Origin: Vitrella brassicaformis CCMP3155
Lineage: Eukaryota > Protista > Chromerida
Reading direction: 5' to 3'
Length of the DNA stretch: 64,000 bases
Assembly (NCBI GenBank): GCA_001179505.1
Contig: CDMY01000360.1
Span: 37,787-101,786, forward strand
The notes under the pieces are model-generated. The model was not told the DNA's origin and made no database searches. It saw nothing but the letters and a program-made list of their open reading frames with translations. Positions within the stretch are counted from its first letter, which is position 1; every line of letters begins with the position of its first letter. Positions 49,514 through 60,307 of the stretch are shown in pieces. A program made the position numbers and the translations under genes.

Positions 49514-51206
49514 TCATTTGGAGTCCCTTTTTTGTGGGGGTCCCGCGGATGACCTGCGTGACTCCGTCAGCCTGGCCTGCCTGTCGGCCTTCTTGCTGTC
49601 CGCCTCCCTCTCGGCTCGCTGCAGCTGATCCCGGTGCTTGTCGAGCACCTCGGCCGGCAGCATTTTCTTGAACCACGGGTGCACCAGCGCCTCGGCTGCT
49701 GTGAAGCGGTTCTCGGGGATTTTGTTGAGAATGCCCTGCAGGAAGTTCATGCAGTCCTCTGACGGGGGCGGCATCAGCAGCTCGATGCACCGCAGCTTCA
49801 TGTCGGTCGGCAGCTGCAGCTGCACCAACGAAAGAACGAACGAACGAACGAACGAACGAACCAAAAAGGGACACAAACAAAGGGGCACCCACACAGGTAA
49901 GGTACTCACATCCCATTCGCTCGCTCTCTGCTGTCTTACTGACTTACATTGAGATCCGTGACGGCCTTGACGTACTTCTCTCTGCAACCAGACAAACAAA
50001 CACCTTTCCCTCTGTCTGTCTGTCTGTATGTCTCTCTGTCGTCTGCTCTGCTGCGTATGTGCTGACAGACGGACGTTCTGCGCGATGTGGTGTACTGCTT
50101 GAACCAGGCGGGCAGCTCGCCGAAGAGCATCCAGTAGAGCGATATGCCGGCACTCCAGAGGTCCGCCGGGAAGGAGTAGGACTTGAGGAACACCTCGGGC
50201 GCCATGAACGCCTCAGTACCACAGCAGTCCCACAACGACTGGTCGGCAGACGACAGCTGCACCGCCTGCACACACCCATCCATCCATCCATCCATAGTAC
50301 CCTCATTCTCTCTGGCTCTGTCCATCTGTCTGTCTGCTCGTGTGTGTGTGTGTGTGGGTCACTCACTGACCATTCCGAAGTCAGAGAGTTTGATGACGGT
50401 TGCTTCGTTTCTGTATTTCTCGGAGATGAGGAAGTTGGCAGGTTTGATGTCCCTGTGGACGATGTTGAGGGCGTGCATGTAGTGCAGCGCCAGCAGCACG
50501 TGGAAGATGCACACGGCCGACTCCTTCTCGCTCAGGCACTTCTCCAGCCGCATGCGGCTCGCCAGGTTGCCGTAGGGGCACTTCTCCAGCACCAGGTACA
50601 CCTTGTGGCTGATGAGAGTGAGAGTGAGAGGGGTGGGGGAAAGAACGGCACACAGAATGAGAGAGGGAGGGAGCGGGATGTGTGTCTTTGCTGACTCACT
50701 CTGAGATGAAGTGGTCGACCATTTTGATGATCATCGGCTGGTCGAAGCGCTTCATGACCTCTATCTCGTTGAGAATCTCCTCCTTCGGCGACCTCTTGAT
50801 CTCATTCTTCTCCTTCTCCTACACACACAGCACCATACAAGCAGTGAAAGACTAGACCACCCCATATGGCCCTCTCGATCCGTTCCTTTGTGGTCACCAT
50901 GAGTGTGGAGAGGCAGTCCTTGGCGAACTCATAGTCGTCCGAGTCGTCGAAGTTCTTGTCCTTGATCTGCTTCTTGAGCCGCTCTATCATGGCCTTGGTG
51001 TCGACCTTGGTGGCGTCATACCTGTCCTCCGCCCCCTGCACCACGAGCGTCTTGACGGCCACGCTCTTGGGCTTCCCCTCGCCCAGCGCCATCTTGCTGC
51101 TCTTGCCCTCCTTGACCAACCCGTACCCGCCCCTCCCCAACACCTTGCCGAGGGTGTACCGCTGCTTGAACTCCAACACCTCCTCGCTGCTACCACACGC
51201 ACCCAT
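49514..51206 (-). CDS. Ser/Thr protein kinase, CAMK/CDPK-related without EF-hands, N-acylation motif
   Basis: MGACGS start; LGRGGYGLV, VAVK, IVHRDIKPANFL, IKLSDFG, CCGTEAFMAPE, ADLWSAG, RFTAAEALVHPW. Confidence 0.92.
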
Positions 51207-51494
51207 CACTGCTGCCTCGACTCGATGAACAGACAGGGGGCGGGGCCCTTCTTTGAGTGAGACCGATGCAATCAATGCACACGTGAAATCGGGGCGGGGA
51301 TGTGGAAATGGGGGCCAGTTGTTCGACGGTGGGGCTGCTTGAAACTCTCGCCGACGAGTTCTGGTATGCAATTGAGTGAAGGAGGTGGCTGAAGAGCGGC
51401 TGTTTCGCCCGCTCTGCCGGCGGAATTCCAGATCGCTATCTGGACTCGCAGCGCCAGATGAAGTGGAGATGAACGCGAAGAGATCTCGGCGAAG

Positions 51495-52539
51495 ATGAGT
51501 GCTTTCCTGCTGTTGCTGACACTTATTCCAGTCGTCATCTGTGAAGATCTGCAGCGTCCGCACAACGTGAGCATCACCAGGAGCAGCAACCGCTCCCTCT
51601 TCATCGCATCTCTGGCTGACTCCCACCACTACCACGACCCTTCCATCAGCGTCCATTGGCAGAGCACAGTCGCCATTTCAGCTCGTCACCATCGAACCAC
51701 CTCATGCGTCACACAGCATCATCAGCAAGCGGACGAACGAGAGGCGAGCAGCAGCGGCAATAGCACTGTCGCCCACGTGGCTGAGCGGCATCATCATGAC
51801 GCCGCGAACAACCTCTGCAAGGGTGGAATGCGATGTGACGCCACTACGGCCAATCGGACTCATCACCGGCAAGAGAATGATGCAAGTGGCGTCACGACTG
51901 CGGCCAATCTGAGTATTGGGGATCGCAACAGCACACCTGAGGGGAGGGTTGGCATATGGGGCAAGGTGCTTCGGGCCGTGGGGTTTGGCTATCGTGTTGT
52001 CAACGCGACGCACAGTCTGCGGCAGGCTGCGATGCGTGAAGGAGGTATGTGAATAAATACGGCACGGCAACAGTTAATTGTCCATGTGTTCCTTCCTCCT
52101 TTCTGCCCGCTCTGCTACTGGCGCTTCTCAGTCAGCCTGCTGCGCAATACGACGAGGGATGACCGGCGGAACACATCGACGCCGATCGAGTCTTCCGCAC
52201 AGAAGCGGCCGTCGGCGACAGTGCTGCGAGAGCACAACCACACGCACAAGTGGATGCTGCTGCTAGAGGTCAGTGAGAGCCAGCCAGCCAGCCAAACCCA
52301 CCTGTCTGGTGCTCGTGCGCGCGTGTGTGCAGGGGAGTGTGGCTGCGAGTTTGGTCATCGCATCGCTCATAGTCTGCATATACTCATCGGCCGTGGCAGC
52401 CGTGTTCCGAGAACGGCACGACGCTGCCCGAGCGGCGTATAATAACGCTGGTCCTGACAGCGGGCAACAACACCTGATAGCCCGGCAATCGATGGGCACG
52501 TCTGTGTCGACAACCACACCTAGGGGCTCTGACTCATGA
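51495..52539 (+). CDS. Hypothetical single-pass membrane protein with signal peptide
   Basis: MSAFLLLLTLIPVVIC signal. His/Asn-rich ectodomain with NxS/T sites. TM segment VAASLVIASLIVCIYSSAVAAVF in the last exon. Confidence 0.55.
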
Positions 52540-52936
52540 CGACTGATAGATCTTTGGATGGATGGATGGCGGGAGGGCGCTATGTCTGTCTGTCTGTATG
52601 AGTATGAGAGTGTACATAAGAATACATGAAAGGGGCGAGAGGAGAGGAATGGTGGTGATGGTGGGTCTGTATGTTGTCTGATAGCGAAGTAAGTGGTCGA
52701 TTGAGTGACAGCAGGCGATGCGAGTGCGTGGACCACCGGGCCATCCATAATGTAAATCGGTCCATGCATCGGACACACAGTCCCGCCACTTTGGTGTCTG
52801 TTCCACTGCTCCCTCGAGGACCGTATGGGCGGCCAGTACTGCACATGACACAGCCAGTGACGCCCACCCAGAGGCCACGTGAGGCAGCAGTCAAACTGAC
52901 AAACGGACAGACACTCATCTCATCTCATGTACACAG

Positions 52937-54161
52937 TTATCTGTCCTTCCTGGCCCTTCTCATTTCCCTCCACCTCCTGACAGGCCTCGCAAACAGCTTG
53001 TAGGCCGCAATGCCGTTCAGCAGCCACAGCAGCCCCATCCCATACAGCAGACACCGCACGCACCCCATACTCACGCCCATCTCACTGTCACTGACACCCC
53101 TTCTCGCCCTCTCCCTCCCCCACCCCCACATAGTGCATAGCAGCTTGTAGCTGACCACACCCACCCACACTATCCGAAAGAGGGCGAATGTGCTGGCCAC
53201 GAAAAAGGCACACCACAGGTACTTGCCGCGAATCTTGGACCGCTCGCTGTCCGTATCAACATTGGCATCGTCATCATCATGGCTAGAGGGGTGGGGGTGG
53301 GGGTGGGGGTGGGGGTGGGGATGGGGATGGGGATGGGGGAGGGCGTTAGCATGGCGGCGCAGTTGTCGCAGCCGCAGACGGCCGAGGGCAACCAGACTGC
53401 CTGATGCCTCGATAGCGATGCATGATTGGGTCAGTATCCGAAAGTCGAGAGGCGTCTGCAGCGAAGTCAATATACCTGCACGCGCACCACACACAGACAC
53501 AGGGATGGATGTGTGCCTGCCTCAGTGGTTATCTCGGTGTTGATACGTGTGTCAGTCAGGTAGGTGTGCACAGCACACCTACATATGAGTGAAGCAGCGT
53601 GGTGCAGCAGCACAGAAGGGTCCTGACCGCTGGGCGGACCGATACCTATCAACAGCAAATCCAACACGTCATACGACACCTGAACACACACACACCACAC
53701 AACACACGACGACACACAGTGATATATCTCTGTGTGATCTGATCTGTATCTGCTCCCCTCCCTCACTCGCTGACCTCCATGAGGAAGGCAAAGACGGCCA
53801 CCCCCCGCCGGCGTCTCAGCCACGCCCCCACCGCCAGCAGGGTGGTGAGGCCGTTATGCACACACGTGTACCAGAGGTTGCGGTCGCTCCTCTCATCCAG
53901 CACGTACACGTTCGAGTCCAGTATGTCAGACCCGCTCCACCGCCGGGCGTACCGCTCTCGCCTCTCCTCTGCCGTGGGCGTGTCGCTCCGCTGCTGCATC
54001 TCCACTGGGATCGACTTGAATGCGGCTGATGGGGATGGGCCTTCGCAGATGAGCATGAGTGTGGCGGAGAGCAGGAGGGCGAGGGCGGTGTGGGTGAGGA
54101 GCTCAAGCAGGGGCACTGGGCCGACGGCGAAGGCGGACGCCAATGGCAGATCAATGGTCAT
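52937..54161 (-). CDS. TLC (TRAM/LAG1/CLN8) domain membrane protein
   Basis: Multi-pass protein with VHNGLTT, FLMEVSYD, LLHHAASLIC (HH motif) and FALFRIVW. Confidence 0.65.
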
Positions 54162-54441
54162 CAGCTTCAGTTAGTTGAGTTGACGCCACAGATCTGTGCG
54201 TCGCGTGCATCTTCATTCCAGCTAAGCTGTTGACTCATCGCATTCATGTCTTGGGTTGCTGTCGCTGTGGGATGGCGGCAGCGGTTCAGGCGCAGCGGTT
54301 GAGCTGCGAGCTCAAATTGTTTCTTCGTAAACTCGCGGAGTCTCCGAACCCGAGGCATCGCCAGTGTGCGTCGATGCATCCCAGCGGCAAACAACGTCAA
54401 CCGCGCCTACTTGGATGGTCAGATCTCTCACACTCAACACA

Positions 54442-55497
54442 ATGAATGCCTTTCCTGCCGCACAGCGCCTCTGTCCTCGTGTGCTCGTGTCTGTGCGCAG
54501 CCTTCCCTACCGGCCTGTGGTGATAGGTGCGGTGCTGCTCGTCCTCATCCATGCAGTGCTGTCCCTGGCGGCCTTGATGGTGCCGTCCCTGCACCACTAC
54601 CAGTACATCTCTGCCACAGTCTCAGCTGTGTCGGCGTACCTGTCGGCGGCCCTATCGATAATGGGCACAATACTCGCCTCTGTCGGTCAGAATTCAACGC
54701 TGGCTGGCACAACTGATGGATGGATGGATGGATGGATGGATGGATGGACGCTGTGTGTGCAGGTTTGATGGCCGCCATTCGCAGCAGTGTGTGCGGTCTT
54801 CGGCTGCTCAGCAGCTATGTGTTTGTGGAGCTGATCAGCAGCGTACTAATCTACGCTATAGACATGGTCAGCCAGCCGCGCAGACACACGAGGCCATCCG
54901 ATGCCTGCCTGCAGGCACGATGCCTGCCTGCAGGCACGACGCACCGACTGTATTGCACGTCTGTTTGTCTCTTTTCATGTCATGTCATGCAGGCCGGCTT
55001 TTGTGCGGCGCTGCACCTCCGGACAGAGCATCGGTTTGGCGTGTCCGAAAGCACCGAAGAGAATTTATCGAGACAGTGCCGTGACAAAAGAAGTAGGTCA
55101 ACAAGAAAGGCAAAGTGAGGTGTGTGCGTGTGTGTGTGTCATGCGTCTGTCTGCGACTGTAGTGGCGTATTCGGCTGTGTGGTGTGCCCTGTTCGCATGG
55201 CGGTGTGTGGTGCTGTGGCTGCTCAAAGTCCACACACACAGACTGCAGGTGAGGTACGGTGCGGTGCAGATGTGCGGATGTGGGAGGGGGAGTCGAGTCG
55301 AGTCGTACACACATTCACATGTCGACGTGTGTGCTCGGTGTGGTGTGGTGTGGCGTCAGTGTGATGTGCTGAGTGCGCGTCGAGCCAAGATGAGGAGCGA
55401 GGCTTCGAAGCTGTACATTCAAAACTACCACCACACATACCAGGCCGCCGACACCACACAACCACCACCAGCACCAGCACCATCAGCCGAGAGATAG
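54442..55497 (+). CDS. Hypothetical multi-pass membrane protein
   Basis: About 4 hydrophobic segments spread over spliced exons. No family recognised. Confidence 0.5.
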
Positions 55498-55973
55498 GAG
55501 TCAGTCGTACACACAAAGTCGTCACACTTGTCAAGCTACACTCAGGTCAGCCCCAGGATGCGTGTGCGTGACGTATGCACTGCAATGCGTGTCTCCACGT
55601 GTGAATGAAATGAATGACGGTATTGCGATAAATGTCGTGTGTGTCATCAAACATGGCTGTACAGTAGTCCCCCACTCCTCTCCTCTCCATACACACTGGT
55701 GTGTGCCATACGCATCTGCCGATGTTTGTCCGCCGCAATCGTCCTCATCTGCCGGTCCACCATCACGCTTTGGCACAAAGTGATCGGACACACAGATCAG
55801 GACGAAACTTCAGACACAGCGGAGACAGAAAGCAGTCAGCACCGCCACTGGCAGCCCACCCAGCCACCGGACCACAGCCGCACAGTGTCAAAAATCTGCC
55901 TCGACAACGAACGCATGGAAAAACTTCTCACACACATCCACGCCCTCAACACAGCACAGCACTAGACACACAC

Positions 55974-57541
55974 TCATCTGACGGTCTCCACCTGCCTCTC
56001 TGCCTCTTTGCTGGCGGCTGCAGGCTGTTTCTTCTTGGCGAACATGGTGGTGAATGGGTCGTACTCCTGCCCCTCCCTGGCTATCTTGCTGTAGTGTTCC
56101 TGCAGCGTGTCGCCGCCGTAGATCTCACCCGGGGCGGTCGTCAGCATGTCGTACTCGGCGTAGTACTTGCCGATGCGACCCAGCTCCGCCGCATCCTCCA
56201 TCTGCGGAAACCACCTATACACACACACAAACACACCAAGGATCCACGCCCGCGCCCCCTCCCTCCTCCGCACAGACAGACCTTCCGAGGAAGGCGAAGG
56301 CGCCAATGATGGGGTCGAAAGTGGAGAGAGGGAAGGTCCAGAACTTGGGTTCCTTGCCGAGTGCGTCGAACATCATGTTGCCCTGGTCCCGCATGGTGAG
56401 CGCACCGTCCGGCCCGCCGACGGAGAGGATGGCGTTCCACTTGGCGGGGTCCTTGACACAGCTGACCATGAAGGCCGCCAGGTCGGGTTCGCTGATGGGG
56501 TTGCAGCGGGTGATGGAGCCGTCACCGAACATGATGAATGGCCAGCCCTGGTCGAGGGTCTCCAGCTGACAAGGGGAGCGAGGGAGGGAGGGAGGGAGGG
56601 GCATGTGTGTCTTTGTCACGGAAGTGTGTGAGAGGTCCTTTGGCGTGGTTTGGTTTGCTCACTTGTCCGCTGAGGCTCTTGAAGAAAGCGGTCGGTCGCA
56701 CAATGGAGTGGGTGATGTCCTTGGCACCCTGCAATGCCGCCTCAAACTTCAACTGAGGAAGAGATCAACACATACACAGACGTACACAACAAACATCCAA
56801 ACCACTTGCGACCCTTCCCTCTTTTCCCTCACCCATCCATCCCATTCACCCACCCACCTTAGCAAATTGGAACTGCAGGACAGGTTTATTCACACAGAAA
56901 GCCGACAGCAGCACGAAATGCTTGGCCCCGCCCCTCCTCGCAGCCTCCAGCAGGTTCAGTGTCGCCTGATAGTCCACCGCATAGGCGTCACTCTTGACGC
57001 CGCTCCGGCTCGCCAAACACGACACAACCACGTCATAGCTCCCATCAGCAAACACTCCAGTCAGACTCTCCTCGTCCGTCACCTCAGCCCTCTTGACCGT
57101 GGCGCCCTCCATCAACCGCTCGTTGACCGCTGAGCCGGGACGTACAAGCGCGGTGGTTTGGTAGCCCTCGTTGACGAACTGTTGCACCACAAACCTCCCG
57201 ATGTACCCCGTGGCGCCGGCAACCAGCACTCTGATGGATGAAGGCGGCTTCTTCGATAGCTGCCGGGTGGCCTCAAGAGCACGTTGCTCGACCTTCTTGT
57301 CGTCACCGCCGGCAACCATTGCCAGAGAGGGATGCGGGAGAAATGGGGATGAGTCATGATGCCGCCGCAGCCTCGATAAAGAGCCAGATCTGTGATCGGT
57401 GAGCCGGGGTGGCTGGTGCAGGGGTGCATGGAAGGCGCCGGCTGCGGAAAGGATGAGCAGCAGAGATGGGACAAGCAGCCGAAGGGGGGGGAAGGTGTCA
57501 GCAGAGGGATCGGTTCGCAGGCGCCTCCTCGGCGGATGCAT
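55974..57541 (-). CDS. DVR: 3,8-divinyl (proto)chlorophyllide a 8-vinyl reductase, NADPH-dependent, plastid-targeted
   Basis: [21 protein letters not shown]...[71 protein letters not shown]. Leader ends LILSAAGA-F. Confidence 0.92.
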
Positions 57542-57780
57542 GGCAGAAACTGGTGACGCAGCCCTATCCGTGGAGTGCCAGCGCTGCCTGATGGACGGCA
57601 TTGCGTGGAGATCGGCAGATCTCTGCGAGCCGACAAATGCGAGCTTAACTGAGGAAGCGCCAGATGGCAGGCTCTGCTTCATAAATAAATGATAGGTGCC
57701 TTTGTGCTTCAAACTCATTGAAGATCTCTCATTGAAGACCTCTCTCAAGACTGGACCAAAACTGGCTGCTGCTGGTTGGC

Positions 57781-58551
57781 ATGCTCGTGGCAACACCATC
57801 GCATCCAATTGATCGCATCGATGGCTATGCAAAGCGAATGCCCATGTGCAAAGGTGAGCAGGCCGAATAAGACCATTTCTCGTCTGCTCGGGTGAGGTGA
57901 TGATACTTAAATGTGTGTCTGTGTGTGTGAGGGGCAGCGGCTCGCCTCTCTTTATCGCCAGACCCACTCCATCGTCTAATGCCCCAAAAGGCAGGGCTGT
58001 TCGTCCGCTCCTGAAGTCGAGGCGAGGCAGGTGCCATCGTCGTCGACGATGGCGCCTGTGTGTACAAGTTTAATGGTGATCAGGTGCCTCGTGCTGCACC
58101 GTCTGCGGCTGATGATCACGGAGTGGCGATGGAGCGACATTCGGGCAATGGGCAGGGCCGTCGCCAGAGAGGTATGCGGGTACATATCGACCACACGACA
58201 CCAAGCAAACGGCATGGAGGTTGTGAAATGCTGCTCTCGGATTGTGGAATACGCATGCAATGCGGCTTCTCCAAATGTCCTGTCCTGTCCCTCGTGCAGG
58301 TATCTGAGTGTATAGCTGCATTTCTGGCCCACGTGAGGGCACCTGGTGTGTCGCCACTAAGAGTGCTGACGGCATGGCTGAGCGGGAGAAAGCGGAGCAT
58401 GCCCCTGCACGACTGGTTACTTGACGAGATCTGTGAGGCGGTGGTCACTCGGCAAGTCTTCAAGGCCCACCAGCGTGATATTGTTCCCTTCATCCGGACT
58501 GTGGGCCCCTCGGCCCTCTGCACATGCTTGTCGATCATGCAGACGGCATGA
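57781..58551 (+). CDS. Small hypothetical protein
   Basis: A canonical intron (GTATGC...CTCGTGCAG, about 58152..58300) joins ...RAMGRAVARE to VSECIAAFLAH...LCTCLSIMQTA* in frame. The 5' exons are unresolved. Confidence 0.45.
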
Positions 58552-58998
58552 TGGCCACCATCCTGACATCGATCATGGAGGACAGCGGGTGTGATGCGGT
58601 GGGGGAGGGAGGGACGCCCCCTAAGCCACGCAGAGTGGAGGTGTGCCACGGACAGACCGATACGTAGATAGATAGTGACAGGTGGTGTTTGGTGAGCGTG
58701 TGGACTCAGTCGCCTCGCTGGCTGCTGATCAGTGTGTATTGGTAGGGGTTCGTATTTCAGCTGGCTGATTGGTATTTTATGATGTGCATGGCCAACTGAC
58801 CGACAGTGGCAGGTGAATTCATCCATGGATCACAGTGGTTGTCCAGTGGTGTCTGTGTCTCAATCGATCGATGCTAGCTGGGTGTAGTGCAGACAGACAC
58901 ACAGACACGTCACACACCACTCAAAACCACCACAGCACCCAGCAAGGCAGGCAGGCAGGCATGAATACGTGTCTGAGAACGGCTGGCCTTTTTTTTGG

Positions 58999-59065
58999 AA
59001 GCCAAAATGACGGTCTATTTAAGCCAAAATGACGGTCTATTTAAGAAGCCAAAATGACGGTCTAT
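58999..59065 (-). repeat. Three tandem copies of a 22-nt unit (minus strand ACCGTCATTTTGGCTTAAATAG)
   Basis: The plus strand reads AAGCCAAAATGACGGTCTATTT x2, then AAG, then a third copy lacking the last 2 nt. Confidence 0.95.
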
Positions 59066-59110
59066 CGGGAGACCTCATGAGACGAGTAGGTCACTGAAAG
59101 AACAGTATCT

Positions 59111-59699
59111 ATTTCCATCCTTAAAGCAGGCAGGAAGTACGCACGGCGACATACAGGTGCGGTGCCGTGCCGTGCGAGCCCTCTTTATTTACCAAAATCG
59201 TCGTCACCCAAAACAGTCAAAACCGCACATCAATCAATCACCGCATGCGGGCTAGGAAATGACATAGACAGAGAGAAATTGGCGCGCTTCAATGAGGGCT
59301 GTCCACACCCATACCCACATTTCAAAACAGGGCTGGACCAGCCATGAAATGGAACAAACACACTATGGCACCCCGTCGCCGCCCGCCAACAAGAACAAGT
59401 GCAGCGCCGCACCGCACTGGTGCCCACCACAACACAACGCACCCACCCAGGACAGCACACTCCATCTTGACATTAAAGCACTTTTCCCCCTCTCTTAATT
59501 TCCATCCTTAAAGCAACCAGGAAGTACGCACGGCGACACAGACATAGGTGCCGTGCCGTGCAGCTGTGCGAGCCCTCTTTATTTACCAAAATCGTCGTCA
59601 CCCAAAACAGTCAAAACCGCACAACAATCAATCACCGTATGCGGGTCAGGAAATGACACAGACAGACAGACAGACAGACACTGGCGCACTTCAATGAGG
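59111..59699. repeat. Diverged direct repeat of about 190-200 bp (59111..59297 and 59498..59699)
   Basis: Both copies start ATTTCCATCCTTAAAGCA, share GCGAGCCCTCTTTATTTACCAAAATCGTCGTCACCCAAAACAGTCAAAACCGCACA, and end TTCAATGAGG. Confidence 0.92.
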
Positions 59700-60307
59700 T
59701 GCTTCTCTCGTCAGCGAGCCGTCACAAGCGTGCGTCACCTGCAATCCAATCCTCACACACATGCAATCAGTGTACGCATCGCATGCACCTAGCTATCCTA
59801 TTGTTAATAGACGAGGGTAGTAGCAAGTAGGCACGCTCCGATCCAGCCACTTAAGTTTCGACACATACAGACATACGAGTGAGTCCAGAACATACACTCT
59901 CTCTGGCCAGGCCACGGCCGGCATGATCGAATATATGCGTGGCCCACGGTACGTACACCTGCGCACGTACGTATATCTGCGCACCCTTTACCTATCTACA
60001 CATACTTTCAAGGACCAACCACACACGCATACGCACACGTACACACACGCACACATACACAGACGCACACACACGCACACGCACACGCACACGCGCAACA
60101 CAAGACGACAAAGATAGAGCAGAGCAGAGCACGTCGACTGGTAGATAAAGACCGACGTGCTCACACAGCATAACATAACATAACAAATGACAAGACAAGA
60201 CAAGACACAAAACTGCACACCGCCCTCCACACACATGTGATGTGCCCACAGGGCGAGGAAACCATTTCTTCCTTCATGCGGCATACACACACATATACCA
60301 TCCCCTC

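Noticed and set aside
58116-58826. 236-aa minus-strand ORF as a retrogene downstream of the SL-like repeats
   Set aside because: The plus strand has the better-supported spliced ORF here, so the minus ORF is probably its shadow. This weakens the retrogene reading of the SL-like array.
58999-59065. CRISPR array interpretation of the 22-nt repeats
   Set aside because: No spacers, no cas genes, and the genome is eukaryotic.
59990-60150. (CACG/CA)n tract with ORFs on both strands
   Set aside because: A simple repeat. The ORFs are repeat translations.
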